From Dudresnaya verticillata (lineage: Eukaryota), in contig OZ374565.1 of NCBI GenBank assembly GCA_977862235.1, forward strand, positions 620,001 to 684,000: a stretch of 64,000 bases of DNA, written 5' to 3'. The position numbers and the translations under genes were made by a program. Under the pieces are notes generated by a model that did not search any database, was not told the origin of the DNA, and saw nothing but the letters and a program-made list of their open reading frames with translations. Positions 50,801 through 64,000 of this stretch are shown here, in pieces; position 1 is the first letter of the stretch; each line of letters begins with the position of its first letter.

Positions 50801-53800
50801 CGCCAAGATCGCGAGCGGGTTTCGGGCTGCGTATGCGATGAGGGGTTCCCTTCGGTAAGGCTCGAGGCTTATCCGTGAAGTTCGCTATCAACACCGAAAA
50901 CTCACGATTCGGACTGACATTGTGTATCCCGTTCGTTAATTGTACTCCGTGTCGATGTTATAACGAATGTTTCGGTTTGATATGAATTAGTCCGAGTGCT
51001 TCCGAGGTCACGGTGACTGCCTTCTGCGAATAACTCGGGATGGCAACTCGATGGTTCAAACGAATGATGCGTGTGTCTCGGTCCCAATCGTGTAATTCGC
51101 GTTGGCATTGCTTCGAAAGCGGTCTCTCGAATTTCGATTTCGGATTTTCAGATGGCGGATTCTGTCCAGCATGCGACTGATAATCGGGATCGCGTTTCAA
51201 CGCTTCGTGAGAATCCTCCATGGGCTGAGGTCAATGCTTCTTAACTCCACATCCATCCACGAAGTTACAAGGAGAGCATCGACTGCGCGTTTCCGCAACC
51301 AAGAAGGGTAAGCGGTATAAAATGTTCCCGAGGCGGACTGTCAGGTAAACGATACCATCGAGCTGCAACGGGGTGCGGTCATCGCACGCGAGTCTCGGAG
51401 CTGATTCCATCGGGCACGCGTTCGCCTCCCAACCGACGGGTAACGCAGCCCTGGTTATGAGATTGTAACTGGAACACATTTATCGATGGCAATAGTATGC
51501 GGCGTCACTACGGAGGCATCGAGACGTACGGATCCGGTCACGAGGGAGGTTTCCGAGGTCATCAAGCAAATGTATCCCCCGGTAGTCACTGCCGGTTCCA
51601 TCTTCAGAATCTGTGTCTGTTTCGAAAAGTTTCGAACGAAGCGGCTTTCGCGAGGACTCGACGTCCCTCGGTCTCGTCGTCTCGTATCGCGCTTCCTTCA
51701 AATCGCAGTGGCTTTCGGAATCGGAATACGCGGAGTGTATATGGGAGCGGAATTAGACGGAGAACATGACACAACGGGCTTCTTCGCCTTTACTTGTTTT
51801 CCTAACTCGAGCTATAATCCGTGGTACGTAGATCCGCGTCCAAATGTAATGTCGATCCAGCACCTCTTCCGTTATTCACGGAGTCTTCATAAGCCTCCGA
51901 GCGCAGGTTGGGATGACTCGGTTCAATCGCGGCATCGCCTTCACGGACTGCGAGAACGGTTGACGGCCCGGGGCCTGCCCGTGTGTCGGGTAGCGGAGGA
52001 AGATCGGCGGTCCTCGACGATTGAAGCTGACTTGACGCTGCACTCGGTCCCTCGGGTAGCGTGTATCGCCTTGACGAAGGTCTCGAGATACGCGATCGTT
52101 ACGCGATCCACAGAAGTCCTGTCCACGGTTGTCAATGGACGTGGAAAACTTCCCTCTTGCGGAACCTTCATTCACGGAGTTATTACTATTACGCGGTCTC
52201 ATCTCGAGGGGATAGATATCGTTCTGGTACGCGCAGTAGAGTTGTTGCTCCTTCGTGACATACGGACACTAATACATCAGATGACCGATTTCGCGGCAGA
52301 ACCAACACGGTTACGCATCCTGATTCTTCTGTATCATCGAACGTGCCATCTAGATTTGCTCCGGGGTCATCGGGGGTCACGCGTGTTCAAAGAGCTCGAT
52401 GAGACTCGTGAGATCCACTGCAGCTTCCACGGAGACCTTTGTCAAGATAGTTGGTGTAGCGGACGCGGAACCGGGTCCGGGGCGAATCATCATCACGGTC
52501 ATCTGCAGGTCTTGTCAATCGGGTACTCGAAACCACTTCCGGACGTATCGGGAGCCTCGATAAGCATCGTTCGCCGTGCGCTTGAAGAATATTCGGGTAC
52601 GCGGTAGACAATCGGTGCTTCGAATCACGCGACTGTCGGGGTGTGGCGTCACGCAACTAAACAGCTCGGAACGTAGTACCTTCGGTTTTCGCGAGTCGTT
52701 GCACGCTCATCAAGCTCTTATTCTCGGACAGCGGTAGGTTTCCAACCTGGTTGGACACGATGGGATACTTAGTTGGGTGTAGTCCACGAATAAATTCATG
52801 TGTTAACGAAGAGTCATCGCAGACACTCGAGCCGACATCCGCGTAGCCTTGTAGACGGGTCGCGAATTCCATTTCGGTTTCATCAGACTTTAGCTTCGCG
52901 GTAATCATGTGGTCGTGTGTGTCAGCTATTACGTATTCCGTGCGAACGCGTTGCAGAAATACGTTCACGATAGCGGACCCGCAAACCGGGTTGCCAGTAT
53001 GAAAGCCTCCGAATGCATATTGTTGATACTCCTTGAGCGCGGTCTCATCGAGGAACCACGAAATCGTACGAACTGCTGCTCCATCGGTAAGCCCAACTCC
53101 ATTCAACGCTTTTCGCATATCACGAAGAAATGTGAGAATCTTAATCGGATCGCTTCCCGTGAATGTCTCGAGTCTTTACATCATTGAACGCATAGTGAAA
53201 CGGTTTTCGACGTGTTACCTCGGAAAACTTCGTGTTGGTTACCCCGAGGGGACCAATCCGTGAGTCAATACGATCGATAGCTTACGGCCCGCGCGAATTC
53301 GGGAATGAGCGTCGGTATCGGTTCGACGCCCGGCTCGAGCGGTCCCCAGTACCAGAACGATGACACGGGTCCCACGAGCAATAACAGATTTTCGATTAAG
53401 GGTCCTCCGGGGGACATAGGTGGTTGAAGTGAATCTCGGAAGACTGCGGGGTTGATACGGGGGTTGTCGGAGGCATCGGTTGCCTGATGCGATGAGGGGT
53501 GCGGAAACTGATTCGGATACATGTTTTCCGGTAACGTAGATTGGGCACCCGGGCCTTGCACCGGTTGAACTAGCAGCGAATTGCGGGGGTCAGGACGGGC
53601 ATCGGGACGATCTTCGCGACTTCGAGTCTTTTCCTTCGGTAACCCGGCGGACAAGATGTCATGAATAGCGTTCAACTGTTTCCCCGAAAACGCGTGCGAG
53701 CTTCCAGCGGGAAGAGAGTGACTACCCTTGTCCACGGGGGCGGTTGCGCTGCACTCGAGCACGAGGAAACGGGTTCTGAATCCCGAGATGAGATCCCAGA

Positions 53801-55062
53801 GACTCTCGAGTGAGTCTTCGATGCTAGGGACCTTGCCAGCACGGAGATTGTCTAACTCTGCGTGAACTCGATTATGCGTATTACGAATTGAAAGCTGCGT
53901 GATACGGTACGCAGTGGAAAGCGCGTCGATGACCTCTTCGTAGAGTAAACGTAGCTCGGCACCGGATACTTCCTTCATCGAGAAGAGTCGATCGACGGTA
54001 TCCGAGGGAACGATTTCCAACGGAGAGTACGTATACGAAAGGTCGGGCTGGCTACCGTGAGCCTGCAAACGCGAGTCTGCGTGAAGATCGGGTTCCGTCA
54101 TACGTGAAGCGCGAGCGGGAGAAAACGGTTCTCGGTCACTCGTGTTTGATTCGAACAACGAGAGCTCTGGAATCGGTACGTCATCGGGTTTCAGTACCGG
54201 CGAATAGGGAAGACTCGAAGTGTGACACATCGTGTCTCGGATAACAACGAATTACTACTAAATGCGAAACTTCGGAACCACGTTCTAGGCCGGGAGACCA
54301 GTGTGGTATAACGAATGTCCACGGAGACGCGGGGAAGTGTCGCACTGTAAGGAATGGCCTCGGAGCCTAACGTGTGGCCTGGTAGCCTAACGGAAAACGG
54401 AGAAAGGAAAAGGGGTGGTAGCGTAGTAGAGTGGAGCGACCAACACGAAGGACCACGGTGTCAACGTATTCGTGCGCGTAAGGGAGAACTCGAGCGATCG
54501 ATCGCCGGGTATGAATCCGGGTGCGAGGGGCTATCGAGAGCGAGGCTCGACCGTATCTGCGGTCGCGAAGACGAAGACACCGAACTCGAAGAAACAGGCG
54601 TTTACCGAAGACTCCGAGGTCTGGGCGCTAGTCGCTTACCGGAAACCCTCGCAGGTCGTGCCAGACGACTGGCTAAGTACTACTACGTGAACACGAATAC
54701 ACGTCAACGCGGGAGACGGTTCGTACTCGAATGATTCGTAACGGCCTCGGTGCCAACGAATGGTCGTCTCACGTATGGTGGCGGTTACGAAGTGCGCAAG
54801 CGATGCATACGGAGCTGCACGGGCGTCGTGGGCCTCGGAGCCGTTAAGCGCAGGAAACAACGGGAATACCACGAAGGTGTCAGCGATTTCGTATCGGATG
54901 CACACTGTAATGCGAATGCCATCGTGGCGCGCGCACGGTATGCGCACTGTAATGCGTTTGCCATCGTGGCGTGCGCATTCATGGAGTCACTTCGAAATTC
55001 GTATTTCTCGATAATGTTCACGTAGACCACGGAGTCGTTTTGCGCACAGCCTCTATACTACA
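47851..55062 (-). mobile_element. Degenerate Ty3/Gypsy element with chromodomain (gag-PR-RT-RH-INT-CHD); 3' LTR not found
   Basis: RT MPFGLKNAPATFQR..FYLDEVIVFS; INT VLADNGKQ..SPYHPETNG; CHD YVVDRILDH...IKWEAYSTPTWE; gag-like ORFs 53265-54230 and 52657-53118. Confidence 0.9.
54302..55062 (-). repeat. 5' LTR of the Gypsy element, with adjacent PBS-like TGGTCTCCCG
   Basis: tgtggtata...tatactaca termini; the minus strand reads ...taccaca c TGGTCTCCCG (54291-54300). Confidence 0.75.
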
Positions 55063-55779
55063 GAGATCCGTAAGGCTCGGTATGTCGTGTAAGGACATAA
55101 GGATGTAGGCAAGAACTCAGTCGGTCATGATTCCCCAACCTTGCGACAGAGCTCCACTCGACTGATTGTAGCTATTGGCGCTATTTTGGGTTTCCGTATC
55201 TGGAGTCATGATGCTCGCCAGGCCTACCTACAATCAGCGCAGAACCTGATGCGGAAAGTATATTAGAAGCCATCTAAGGAATTCGAGGCAGCCCCCAATC
55301 AACGCCTAGAGCTACTGAAGCCTCTATATGGACTTTCAGATTCCGGAGGCTACTGACATCCCAGCATGGTGGATCACTTAACCAACGACTTACGAATGAA
55401 GAGCATTGTGGGCGACGCCTCTCTGTTCTTCAAACACATCGACTCTCAGCTACCTATAATGACTGGCAGCTATAGATGATTCTCTACATTGCGGTAATAA
55501 GGAAACTTACGGACCAGTCACTACAGAAATTTGAATCTCGCGACAGAGAACTGGATAACACTACCTCTGCTGGTGTTTGATCAAAACAAAACAAAATGGG
55601 TTTGAACTCTCTAACGGACACTATGCCAAAAGGATCAAACTTCTCCCTAACGATCGCTCCTTCAAAGCCTTTCACTCAACAAGAACACAACTCGCATGTT
55701 TATCACATACTAGGCCTGATATCTGTTATCCTATCAATATGTCTGCTCCAGTGACTGAGCAAGACTTTGATGTGGACAG
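55063..55779 (+). pseudogene. Copia RT fragment
   Basis: KARYVV*GHKD..HDSPTLRQSSTRL..SHDARQAYLQS..LLKPLYGLSDSG..TRPDICY. Confidence 0.85.
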
Positions 55780-56551
55780 TGTGGTGCAAAGGGGGACCGG
55801 GCTCTTGTTCGCTCTGAGGGGGTTATAACAACAGCGTCAACCGACGGATATTGCCAGTGGCGCGCTCACCCGCCGTCGGGGCGAACACGTAGTAGACGTA
55901 TGAACGGCTTACGCGCGTACGGAGTCATCGCGTTCAGCGGCTCACGCGCGCACAGCGCTACTGTACGGCGGTACACGTGGACCCCGGGGCGCCGTATGCC
56001 AGCCATGACGCGATCCGGATGGACATCGGTATTAATGATGGTGTAAGGCTACGGGCCTGTAAGGATGGACCGGATATAGATTGGATCCAGTTCGGGGATC
56101 GAGATCAAGCATAGGAATTTATGCAGAAGTAATGCGTGCATCTGTAGTGCCAGCACACTCGTGCTCGTGACGCGGATCGGGATCAGGATCGGGATCACAT
56201 TCGCTGCCACGCGCCCGCGCATGTGGGGGCCGTGTGGCCGCGTCTATGTGTCAGCACGTGTATAGGAAGTGTGGGACAAGTCCGTCAGACGCTTTGATGC
56301 ACCGCGCGGCGAACCTGTGAGACGCAGTACAGCGCAACGCGTCTCCTACGTTCCCGCGCGGCGCCCCCGGCGCCTGCGTTGGTAATAATACATAGATAAC
56401 CGGTCTAGGACGTTGGAGCAATAAAAACTACACGTCTCAACTTGCATACATTGTCCTTCTAACGTACGACACAATCAGATGCAACATTTTACAGTACTAT
56501 AACCGCAATATGTAGCCGTGTGACACGTTCTATGTTCTGTTCTCAGAGGAG

Positions 56552-57236
56552 TGTGGTGTAGTGAAAGGCACACCTGTAAGGACAGCTGATCAGGCAATCC
56601 CAATAAGGAGTGATCTCACACGGCACCGGGGTGGTAGAGCTTAGTTCGTAGACCGAAGGGAGTATCATGAGCTGCAACATCTGTAAGGAGTAAAGGGACG
56701 CAACAGACAAGGGGGACGGTAAAGTGCTAGAACAGCTACACCGGGACGGAGGTAAGAGGAATCCGTGCACGGGGCTGGCGAGGGGGAACCCTGAAGGTGT
56801 ATGAGGGTAAGGCTTAGGGTAAGTCACTTTGCCCAGGGTTGCGTACCCGTTTTCTGTAGGGCTCGAGGTGGCCACCCATTAATATACTGGGAGATACGCC
56901 CCGCGGTCCGGTCCGTGTGGGCGAGACCCCAATGGGTCTGGTCCACCAGGTGGGTCCGGCCCTACTGGTCCCGGTCACCGTTGTGGACATGCTCGGCATT
57001 CTCATTGGCCGGCTTACACTACGTACTGTACAGCATCCTTATAAATACCTAATTGAAATTAAGTCAACTACTTGGTTCCTATTGGTGGTGAGCTCAGACT
57101 CCAGCAGGGTATACAGTGCTACGGAGTCACTGCACTCCGCTGTGGTTTTTGGCGCGCTCTTGTCAGAGCGCGGGTTCTCGACGGTCCCGCGTTGGCTTGC
57201 CCGTCGTCCGCACTCTGAAACAGTCACTTCACCACA
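56552..57236. mobile_element. Probable solo LTR of another family
   Basis: tgtggtgtagtga...tcacttcaccaca (12/13 terminal IR, TG..CA); no clear TSD. Confidence 0.55.
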
Positions 57237-57292
57237 GCGGTCAGAGAAGCATATCAGAAAGAAGAAATATCAGATGTTGGATTTGTTAGAAC

Positions 57293-58020
57293 CAGGGCTA
57301 TGCAGCAAAAGATTTCTATTGTAATATATTGCAATATACAATAGCAATAGCTGATTTCACCGTAGATAGCAAATTCCAATACTGATTGCACTGCAGAGGA
57401 AGAAATGCAATACCTATTGCACTACAGATGACATATTGCAATATCTATTGTACTTCAGATGACATATTGCAATATTATTGCAGTAGCAGTGCATATTGGA
57501 AGGCCTATTGCGATATGCAGTATACGATACGCATATGTTCGGTTCTGTTAGAGAGCGGCCTCCGTGCCATTCTAGCTGTAAACCGAGAACAAATCATTTG
57601 CTAGACCCCATACAGTATGTCACAGAATGGACCATACAGTACTGGACATTATGTATTGCCAAATCCTCGTTCGCAGGTCTGGTTTCAGTGCCAACCGGTA
57701 CATCATCGTTACCCCCATTTAGGGGTAACGATGATGTTACACATCCACTTAGGGGGTAACGCTTTGGTCTGCATAAAGGCCCTCTCTCTCGATGACCTGT
57801 AAATTACAGGTCATCAATGATGTACAGTCTGCAATACCGTCATTGCGCAAGTACAACTCACCGTCGATGAAGCATCGATGACCTGTACATTTATGTTCGT
57901 CAGCGCAGATACAGGTATTCGATGACCTCAAATACGCAGTATTACTGGCTGTAGTGTTCATGACGGGAAGCGCTATAGCGCATCTACAGGTCATCGCCGA
58001 TGATGACTCGTCTGTGATGA
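57293..58020. repeat. Subterminal repeat-rich region upstream of the hAT transposase
   Basis: Starts cagggctatg; many (t)attgca(ata) motifs at 57315-57520; gatgacct/aggtcatc motifs at 57790-58010; 16-bp hairpin at 57700-57737. Confidence 0.55.
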
Positions 58021-58179
58021 TTAAGTGATGAACAATCACCCGCACATGCCAGCATGTTTCGCTTGGGAGTCTAGGTGTAGACTCTATTTTAGTTTATAAA
58101 CAGAGGCAGAAATATTAGGAGCAATCCCGACCCCGTTTTGGCAACCTCCCCGGCCTATGTCTTTTCATCTACCCGAAAG

Positions 58180-59990
58180 AAAGGCAAGATGACATCGAAC
58201 CCTCGCAGTGTGCCCACGCGGAAAGAAATAGCAATCGCATTGATATCTTACGTTGGAAAAGAGAGAAGACGCGTTCGAGACAATCTGCATTTCTCCTGTC
58301 GTTTCGTTTCAGGATAAGACAGAATTCAACAATCCTTACATGCATCTTAGATCCAGCTTTGGAAAGGGCCCTAGCGCCACGAAACAAGAAGAGCTCCTCA
58401 TCCAGCTTTTTACCGATGCGAGAGAGAAGATGCAGCGGAAGGGAGGAACTGTTCTATCTCATTTTGAGGTCCAAAAGCTTTCCGAATACGAGAGAACAAT
58501 ACACGGGTATCTTTGGTTGATCATTCTCAAAAGTCTTCCTCTGTAATACATTGGCGATCCGGAGTTACGCCGACTCTCGCAGTTCAATGCTGACGTGACA
58601 AAGCATACGTTAGTTGGAGTCATTCTAAAGTTGGTGGAGCTGGTCGAAAAATGCATTGCAGCCGAGCTAGACGGCACAAAGGGCGCTGTCTTGTTTGATG
58701 GTTGGGCATGTAATTCGACATTTTATCGCTGTCATCGCTTCTTATTGCACCCAAGACATGCCGACGGGGGCATTTAGTGCGCACGAGAAGTGGATACCCA
58801 GACTCACATTGCTCGCGCTGTCTCCTATGGGCCACGTACCAGATGAGAAAGGCTGTAATGAACAACTGGACGAGACCGCCACTTTCAATTCTGCAAGCCA
58901 CGTTCAGTTCTTCAATGAGATATTTCCCCTTTTTGGTCAAGACTTCACAAAGCGGTGTGTCTGCCCAATTGGTGATAATTGTAACACGAACCTGAAGGCA
59001 GCATCTTTGTGTAATAAGAAATATGTTGGCTGTAACAGCCACAAGCTCAACTTAGAAGTGAATGTGATGGTGGAGTGTCACGGTCAGTTGAAAAGGACAA
59101 TCGACAGCGTCCATGGGACGATGAAGGCGGCAAGAATGCTCTAGAATGCGGCGCTTCTACGGAATTTGACATACTTCAGTCCTGTCGTCCATAACGCCAC
59201 TCGTTGGTCCGGAAAGCTCCATATGCTGCGCCGGTTCACTCGTATCCGGGACGAGCTAATCGAAGTGCGTAATGCACCTGAAGGAGATATGCACATAGAC
59301 AGTAGCCCTTCTCTACTGTCTAGAACGATTCAATTTGTCAACATGCTTTCAGAAATCTACGTGGTCACAAAGTCGCTCCAAACAAGTGGGCACTCACTGG
59401 CGCAATGCCATGAAGACATCGATATTTTGCTCGAGACAGTAGAAGAAAAACGGGAACAGCTCGGGGCGCCACTGTACCAGTGTAAACTCGACCGCAAATA
59501 TGTTGACGGAAATGCTCCAATTGTGCGCAATCCTCACTTTGAGACAGGCATCGTCAAACTCCAGAGGGGAATGGAAAACCAGCTCACGGATGCAGAGAAG
59601 GTGTCGTTAATGTGTTTGAGGAAGGAGCGGGAGCTTCCAACGACGGTTGAAGATTTATCCACTTCATCAATAGGAAGTTCTCTTGGAATGGCTGGGCGTT
59701 TAGCCAAGAAGCGAAACGTTCTCCGCAATTCAGACCCTCTTTTTATCACCTGTGACTTTATTCTTGGCTCCGTTGCCGGGGTTGAATGTCACTGGAGCAT
59801 TGCAAAGCACGTTCTTACCGACAATCGCAAATCGATGACACCTCAAATGTTTGAAGCTGTCCTATTTCTCAAACAGAATAACCGGTTTTGGGACGCCAAT
59901 CTAGTTTCGGAAGCCCTACATGCTGCTCTCTCTGCCCTTGTTGCAGCCAGACTTCAACAGCGTCTTTTCCAAGAAGAACTTGGCAATTGA
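58180..59990 (+). pseudogene. hAT-superfamily transposase, disrupted
   Basis: VLFDGW; IGDNCNTN; VGCNSHKLNL; NATRWS; C-terminal ECHWSIAKHVLTDNRKSMTPQMFEAVLFLKQNNRFW; stops and frameshifts. Confidence 0.9.
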
Positions 59991-60017
59991 ATCTTTCATA
60001 GACCCGTAAATCATTAT

Positions 60018-61568
60018 GTAGTGGCACAAGGGAGGCGCGCCTTCGGCGCGGCCGGCGCTGCGCGCCGCGTTCGTTCTGTATGTAAAGGGGTCCGGTTTGT
60101 GATTGTCGACAGATGTCGATGTAATTTAGTATGCAATTTGTTTGATTTTGTCTTGAAGGGGAAAGGGGGGAAGCAAAAAAGAAATACGAATGGATTAAAA
60201 AACAACACATTTATTTAATCTAACTTAATACTACAGTTCTAAAGTTCCTTCGACGAACTGTACCGCCTGTTTAAGTATCGGGTTCGACACAGCAACAGGC
60301 ATGGCATGTACCTGACGTGCTCCAGGGGGTGTGACCTCCTCCTTGTGGAGGAGAACCACATCTCTCGCCTTACGAACCCTAGATAGAGCTACATAAAGCT
60401 GTCCAGCAGCAAAGAAGTTGACTCGAAGGAAAACCACCAGTTTTTACAGCGTAGTTCCCTGAGCCTTGTGGACCGTTGCAGCAAACGCAAGTCGCACAGG
60501 GAACTGCCGCCTCATGACCTTGACATCTGCCATCTCGAACTGGAAGTCAATTCGATGAATGATGTACGTCTCAGTCTGAGGACCCTCTTGTGGCGATGTA
60601 GCTAGATACAGTAGTCTACGTGTGAAGCGCTTCACTACATACATCTTTCCATTCACCAAGTGCGGATGCAGTACGTTTCGTATGATCATGACCGGCACGC
60701 CAAGCTTCAGCTCTAACAGGTGCGGTGGCACACCTGTAGGAGCATAGTTGTACGTCATCTCCGGCGAGATCAAGCCTGGCATCGCATCAGAGCCTTCCCG
60801 ACGAATGGGCTCAATCTTCGTTGCCGAGTGGAAGCTAAACGTTCGTCCCGGAAACATGTCAAGAGCCCGCCGGTTGTGTTCATCGACTAAGGCGTTGGTT
60901 GAAGCCACCAACATCCGATCGAGAGCGACGTCCTGTTTCGACTTCGTCACTGGCCACGTCCACAGATAGCGATATGCAAAGTCGATGTCGGCCGTGGATG
61001 CCAGCTGAAGAGGTGCGTCCTCTGCTATCCGCCCCTTAGCGACTTGCATCAGCAAACTACCGAAGTTCGGGTCTTCGGCCTGTCGAATCTGCTGCGTCAT
61101 CCGAAAGATCTTGGCACGTTGAAAGAGCGGAGAACGCCAAGGAAGCTCGTCGAGCAGTGTTACCTGCACCAACCTCGTCCCACCTCCAGGTGTCTCTACA
61201 GTACGCCTCGTGTTTGTGATCACCGGCAGGAGTTGCAGGTAATCGCAGGCACAGACAACAGTGAGACCTCCGAAGTATGGCAGAGATTCCAGCGCTTCAA
61301 TACGTTCCTGCTCGTTTTCAGTAGCTTCTGTAGCCGGAATGAGGCACCGAAAGTCTTTCAGAATGATCTCCACATGCTCAATCAGAAGCCTTTGCATCAT
61401 GGAAACTTCATCGATGATGAGGAGGGACAGCGATCGTATGAGCGTCGCCCTTTGAGAGCGAGGACCATACTTGGAAAGCCTAGCATGACGTTCCGAAGCG
61501 TCCTTATCCTCTACACCGATTCCGAGCAGACTATGCAAAGTGCGCCCACCCCGATACAGAGAGGATGC
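60018..61568 (-). mobile_element. Helitron 3' portion: PIF1-like helicase C-terminal half plus terminal hairpin
   Basis: GGRTLHSLL, IIDEVSM, FGG...DYLQLLPV, RRQFPVRLAFAATVHKAQG*..GQLYVALSR (60231-61568, one stop). GC hairpin cgcgcc-ttc-ggcgcg at 60036-60050, ~14 nt before a CTAC end (canonical CTRR). Confidence 0.85.
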
Positions 61569-61813
61569 TGTTGAAGTCTGACTGCAACTTACGAGCTGGA
61601 CCCTGCAATTTGAGCAAATGGCGCACTTCTAATTGTAGGCACTGGCGCAAGTCTAATTGCTAGCGTTGGTGTAGTTCTAATTGTAAGAGCAGTAGGTTCT
61701 CGGAATTACCAGTAGGGTAGAAGACACATAAAGGACAAGCTGCGACTGCTTACTGGGAATAGCCCAGGTAAGTAAGTGCAACAAGTTGAACAGCTCCCGT
61801 ACACCTTTCAACA
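61569..61813 (+). repeat. 5' LTR (245 bp) of the Copia element
   Basis: tgttgaa...ttcaaca terminal IR. Confidence 0.9.
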
Positions 61814-61827
61814 GGTTATGGGCCCAG
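61814..61827 (+). promoter_or_regulatory. Primer-binding site GGTTATGGGCCCAG (internal initiator-Met tRNA type)
   Basis: Immediately follows the LTR; matches the PBS type of Drosophila copia-like elements. Confidence 0.85.
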
Positions 61828-61955
61828 AGCAGCGTCACTAAGTCTGCGTAATCAAGTACTTTGAAACCGCTACAACTTGGTTTGAGCCGTCGTTGAAGCG
61901 CGCCGCCTCTAGGCGAGCGTTGCTGTGTCAACCAAGAAAACCAGGTCAGTTCAAC

Positions 61956-64000
61956 ATGGACAGAGAAGATGATACGGTTGAGACATCCAGATTCCGTATC
62001 GAGAAACTCAATGCCAGCAACTACTACATTTGGTCAAGGAAGATCGAAGTGGTGCTGAGAGGAAAAGGGCTATGGGGTGTGGTCTCAGGAGAAGAAGACC
62101 AACCGGAAGACTCAGATAGAGAAGAGCTCAAGAAGTTCAGCAGAAGAAAAGACCAAGCACTTAGCTATATACTTTTATCCATAGATGACACTGTATGTGC
62201 TACAGTGATCGACCTGAAGGATCCCAAGGAGATTTGGGGAAAGCTCAAGAAAATGTTTGAAGCAGTATCAGAAGCCTCTATAGACGCCTATCTTACAGAG
62301 TACCAAGGCCTTAAGATGAAGCATGGTGAGAAACTAATGGCATACATCAGTCGGTTGAGTGCTGTAGAAAGCAAACTCACGTCTGTAGGCCATGTTCTTA
62401 AGGACGCGGAGAAAATGCGTGCCTTGCTGCGAGGGCTTACGGATGACTTCCAAATTACTCGAGAAGTCATTAGGATCACTGAACTATCATACTCACAGGC
62501 CTTGTCTCAGTTAATACTGAGAGAGGCAACCAAGAAGGAAGAAGATGGTGAGGATAATGATGAAGAGACATCCACCAAGGCACTAGCCAGTTACTGGAAA
62601 AAACATTAAATGCCACTACTGCGGTAAGAAAGGGCATAAGAAGTCTGAGTGCTTTTGTAATCCAGAGAGCAAGAACTACCACCCTAGAAATGGGAACAGA
62701 AACGGGAAGTTCAAAGGACAGAAGAAACAAGAGAAGGATGGTAATCGGGGAGAACAAGGGAATTCTAACCCTAACCCAGGATCAGGATACATCACATTTG
62801 TTTCAAGGTGCATGAGCACTAATGCCAAAGGGCCTCAAAGTTTTAAGAACAAGTGGCTAATAGACTCAGGTGCAACTTCTAATATGTGTAACCAGCAGAA
62901 CATGTTCAAAGAGATCAATGAGGACTCGAAATCAGTTTCTGTGGGAAATGGTGCAAAAGCCGAAGTGAAAGGAATTGGATACATCAGTGGTACTGTTAAT
63001 GTAGAGGGAAAAACGACTAACATCAGGATGAAGGACGTTTTATTTGTCCCTAATCTCATGTGCAACCTAATATCGGTAAGCAAACTGAGACAAGCTGGCC
63101 TACTCGTTTCCTTCGACACCGACGAGAATGGGAGAGGAGTCTGTTTGGTGACAAATAAGCGAGACAAGGGTATTATTCTGAAGGGAATTGAAACTGAAGG
63201 GCTATATGAGGTCAACTTCGAACCTGACCCGAAGACTACTTACAAGTCAGTAACTGCACGATCCAATATGTCCACTGCTGAAAAACAAGTGTTGTGGCAC
63301 GAAAGACTTGGCCATGTTGGGAAGGAGACAGTACAGAAGAGCATACCAATTGTATCAGGTATTGATATCAAAGACGCTCACTCAATAGGCACATGCGAAA
63401 AATGCGCGAAAGCGAAGTCCAAGCGCAGTGTCAGACCAGCTATGAAAGAGGAAGACAGAAATAATACGAAGCTACTGGACCTGGCTCATGTGGATATCGT
63501 TGGACCTGTTGAGACAACATCACTCAATGGTTCCAGGTACTTCATAACTCTATATGAAGACTCTTGTGCTTTGTCGTTGATAAGATTTTTTGACACAAGA
63601 AAGGCGGCCGGAAAACATCTCAAGGACATGATAACTGAACTTGAAACCGTAGCTAGGATCAAAATTCAACGAGTTATCATTCGCAGGCTATTACCAAATC
63701 AAGAAAAACTACCCCTTGAAAAATTGAAGCGACTTCGTTCTGACAATACGAAGGAGTTCATCTCAAACAACTTTACAAAGTGGCTTTCTGACCGAGGTAC
63801 AGTCCAAGAGCTCTCCTCCCCATATTCACCGGAATCCAATGGAAAAGCAGAGAGGCTTAATAGGACCCTGATGGACATGGCCAGGAGCATGTTAACCAAC
63901 ATTTATGGTGAAATTGGACACAAGAAACTGTGGGCAGAAGCAGTAAACACTGCGAACTATCTTCGTAATAGAATGTTCACGAGAGCTTGCAACCAAGAAA
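61956..64000 (+). CDS. Copia gag-pol polyprotein (one frameshift near 62590; truncated by window end)
   Basis: gag KLNASNYYIWSRKIEVVLRGKGLW; CCHC CHYCGKKGHKKSEC; protease WLIDSGATS; LWHERLGH..CEKC; integrase HVDIVGP, RSDNTKEF, PESNGKAERLNRTL. Confidence 0.92.

Noticed and set aside
55780..56450. Possible LTR tgtggtgcaaag...cttgcataca
   Set aside because: Weak terminal match, no TSD, no second copy in the window.
62585..62609. Programmed gag-pol frameshift at GGAAAAAAC
   Set aside because: The needed shift is +1, not -1, and falls before the zinc knuckle; a 1-nt insertion or homopolymer error is simpler.

Overview
Transposon-saturated eukaryotic DNA with no recognisable host housekeeping gene; the TE mix and intron-free ORFs suggest a red-algal genome (inference only). 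The main structure is a ~15.2 kb DNA transposon (12760-27986) with ~270-bp terminal inverted repeats (AACACTG...CAGTGTT) and a 4-bp ATGC target-site duplication. It carries (i) a DDD-type RNase-H-fold transposase (DUF7869/Sola-like motifs), (ii) a ParB-like (DGQHR) protein fused to a beta-class DPPY amino-DNA-methyltransferase, and (iii) between them a ~330-bp array of eight 34-35-bp units (9-bp inverted arms around 16-17-bp unique cores) with mirror-symmetric spacing. A diverged relative (1512-9149, left end not seen) keeps the transposase, the TIR end motifs and the array geometry but has largely different cores. The rest is nested, mostly degenerate TEs: a DIRS-like fragment, Copia relics, five related LTRs (two with perfect 5-bp TSDs), a MULE relic, a Crypton-like tyrosine recombinase relic, a chromodomain Gypsy, a hAT, and a Helitron interrupted by a young Copia. 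All family assignments come from motifs read by eye, not database searches.
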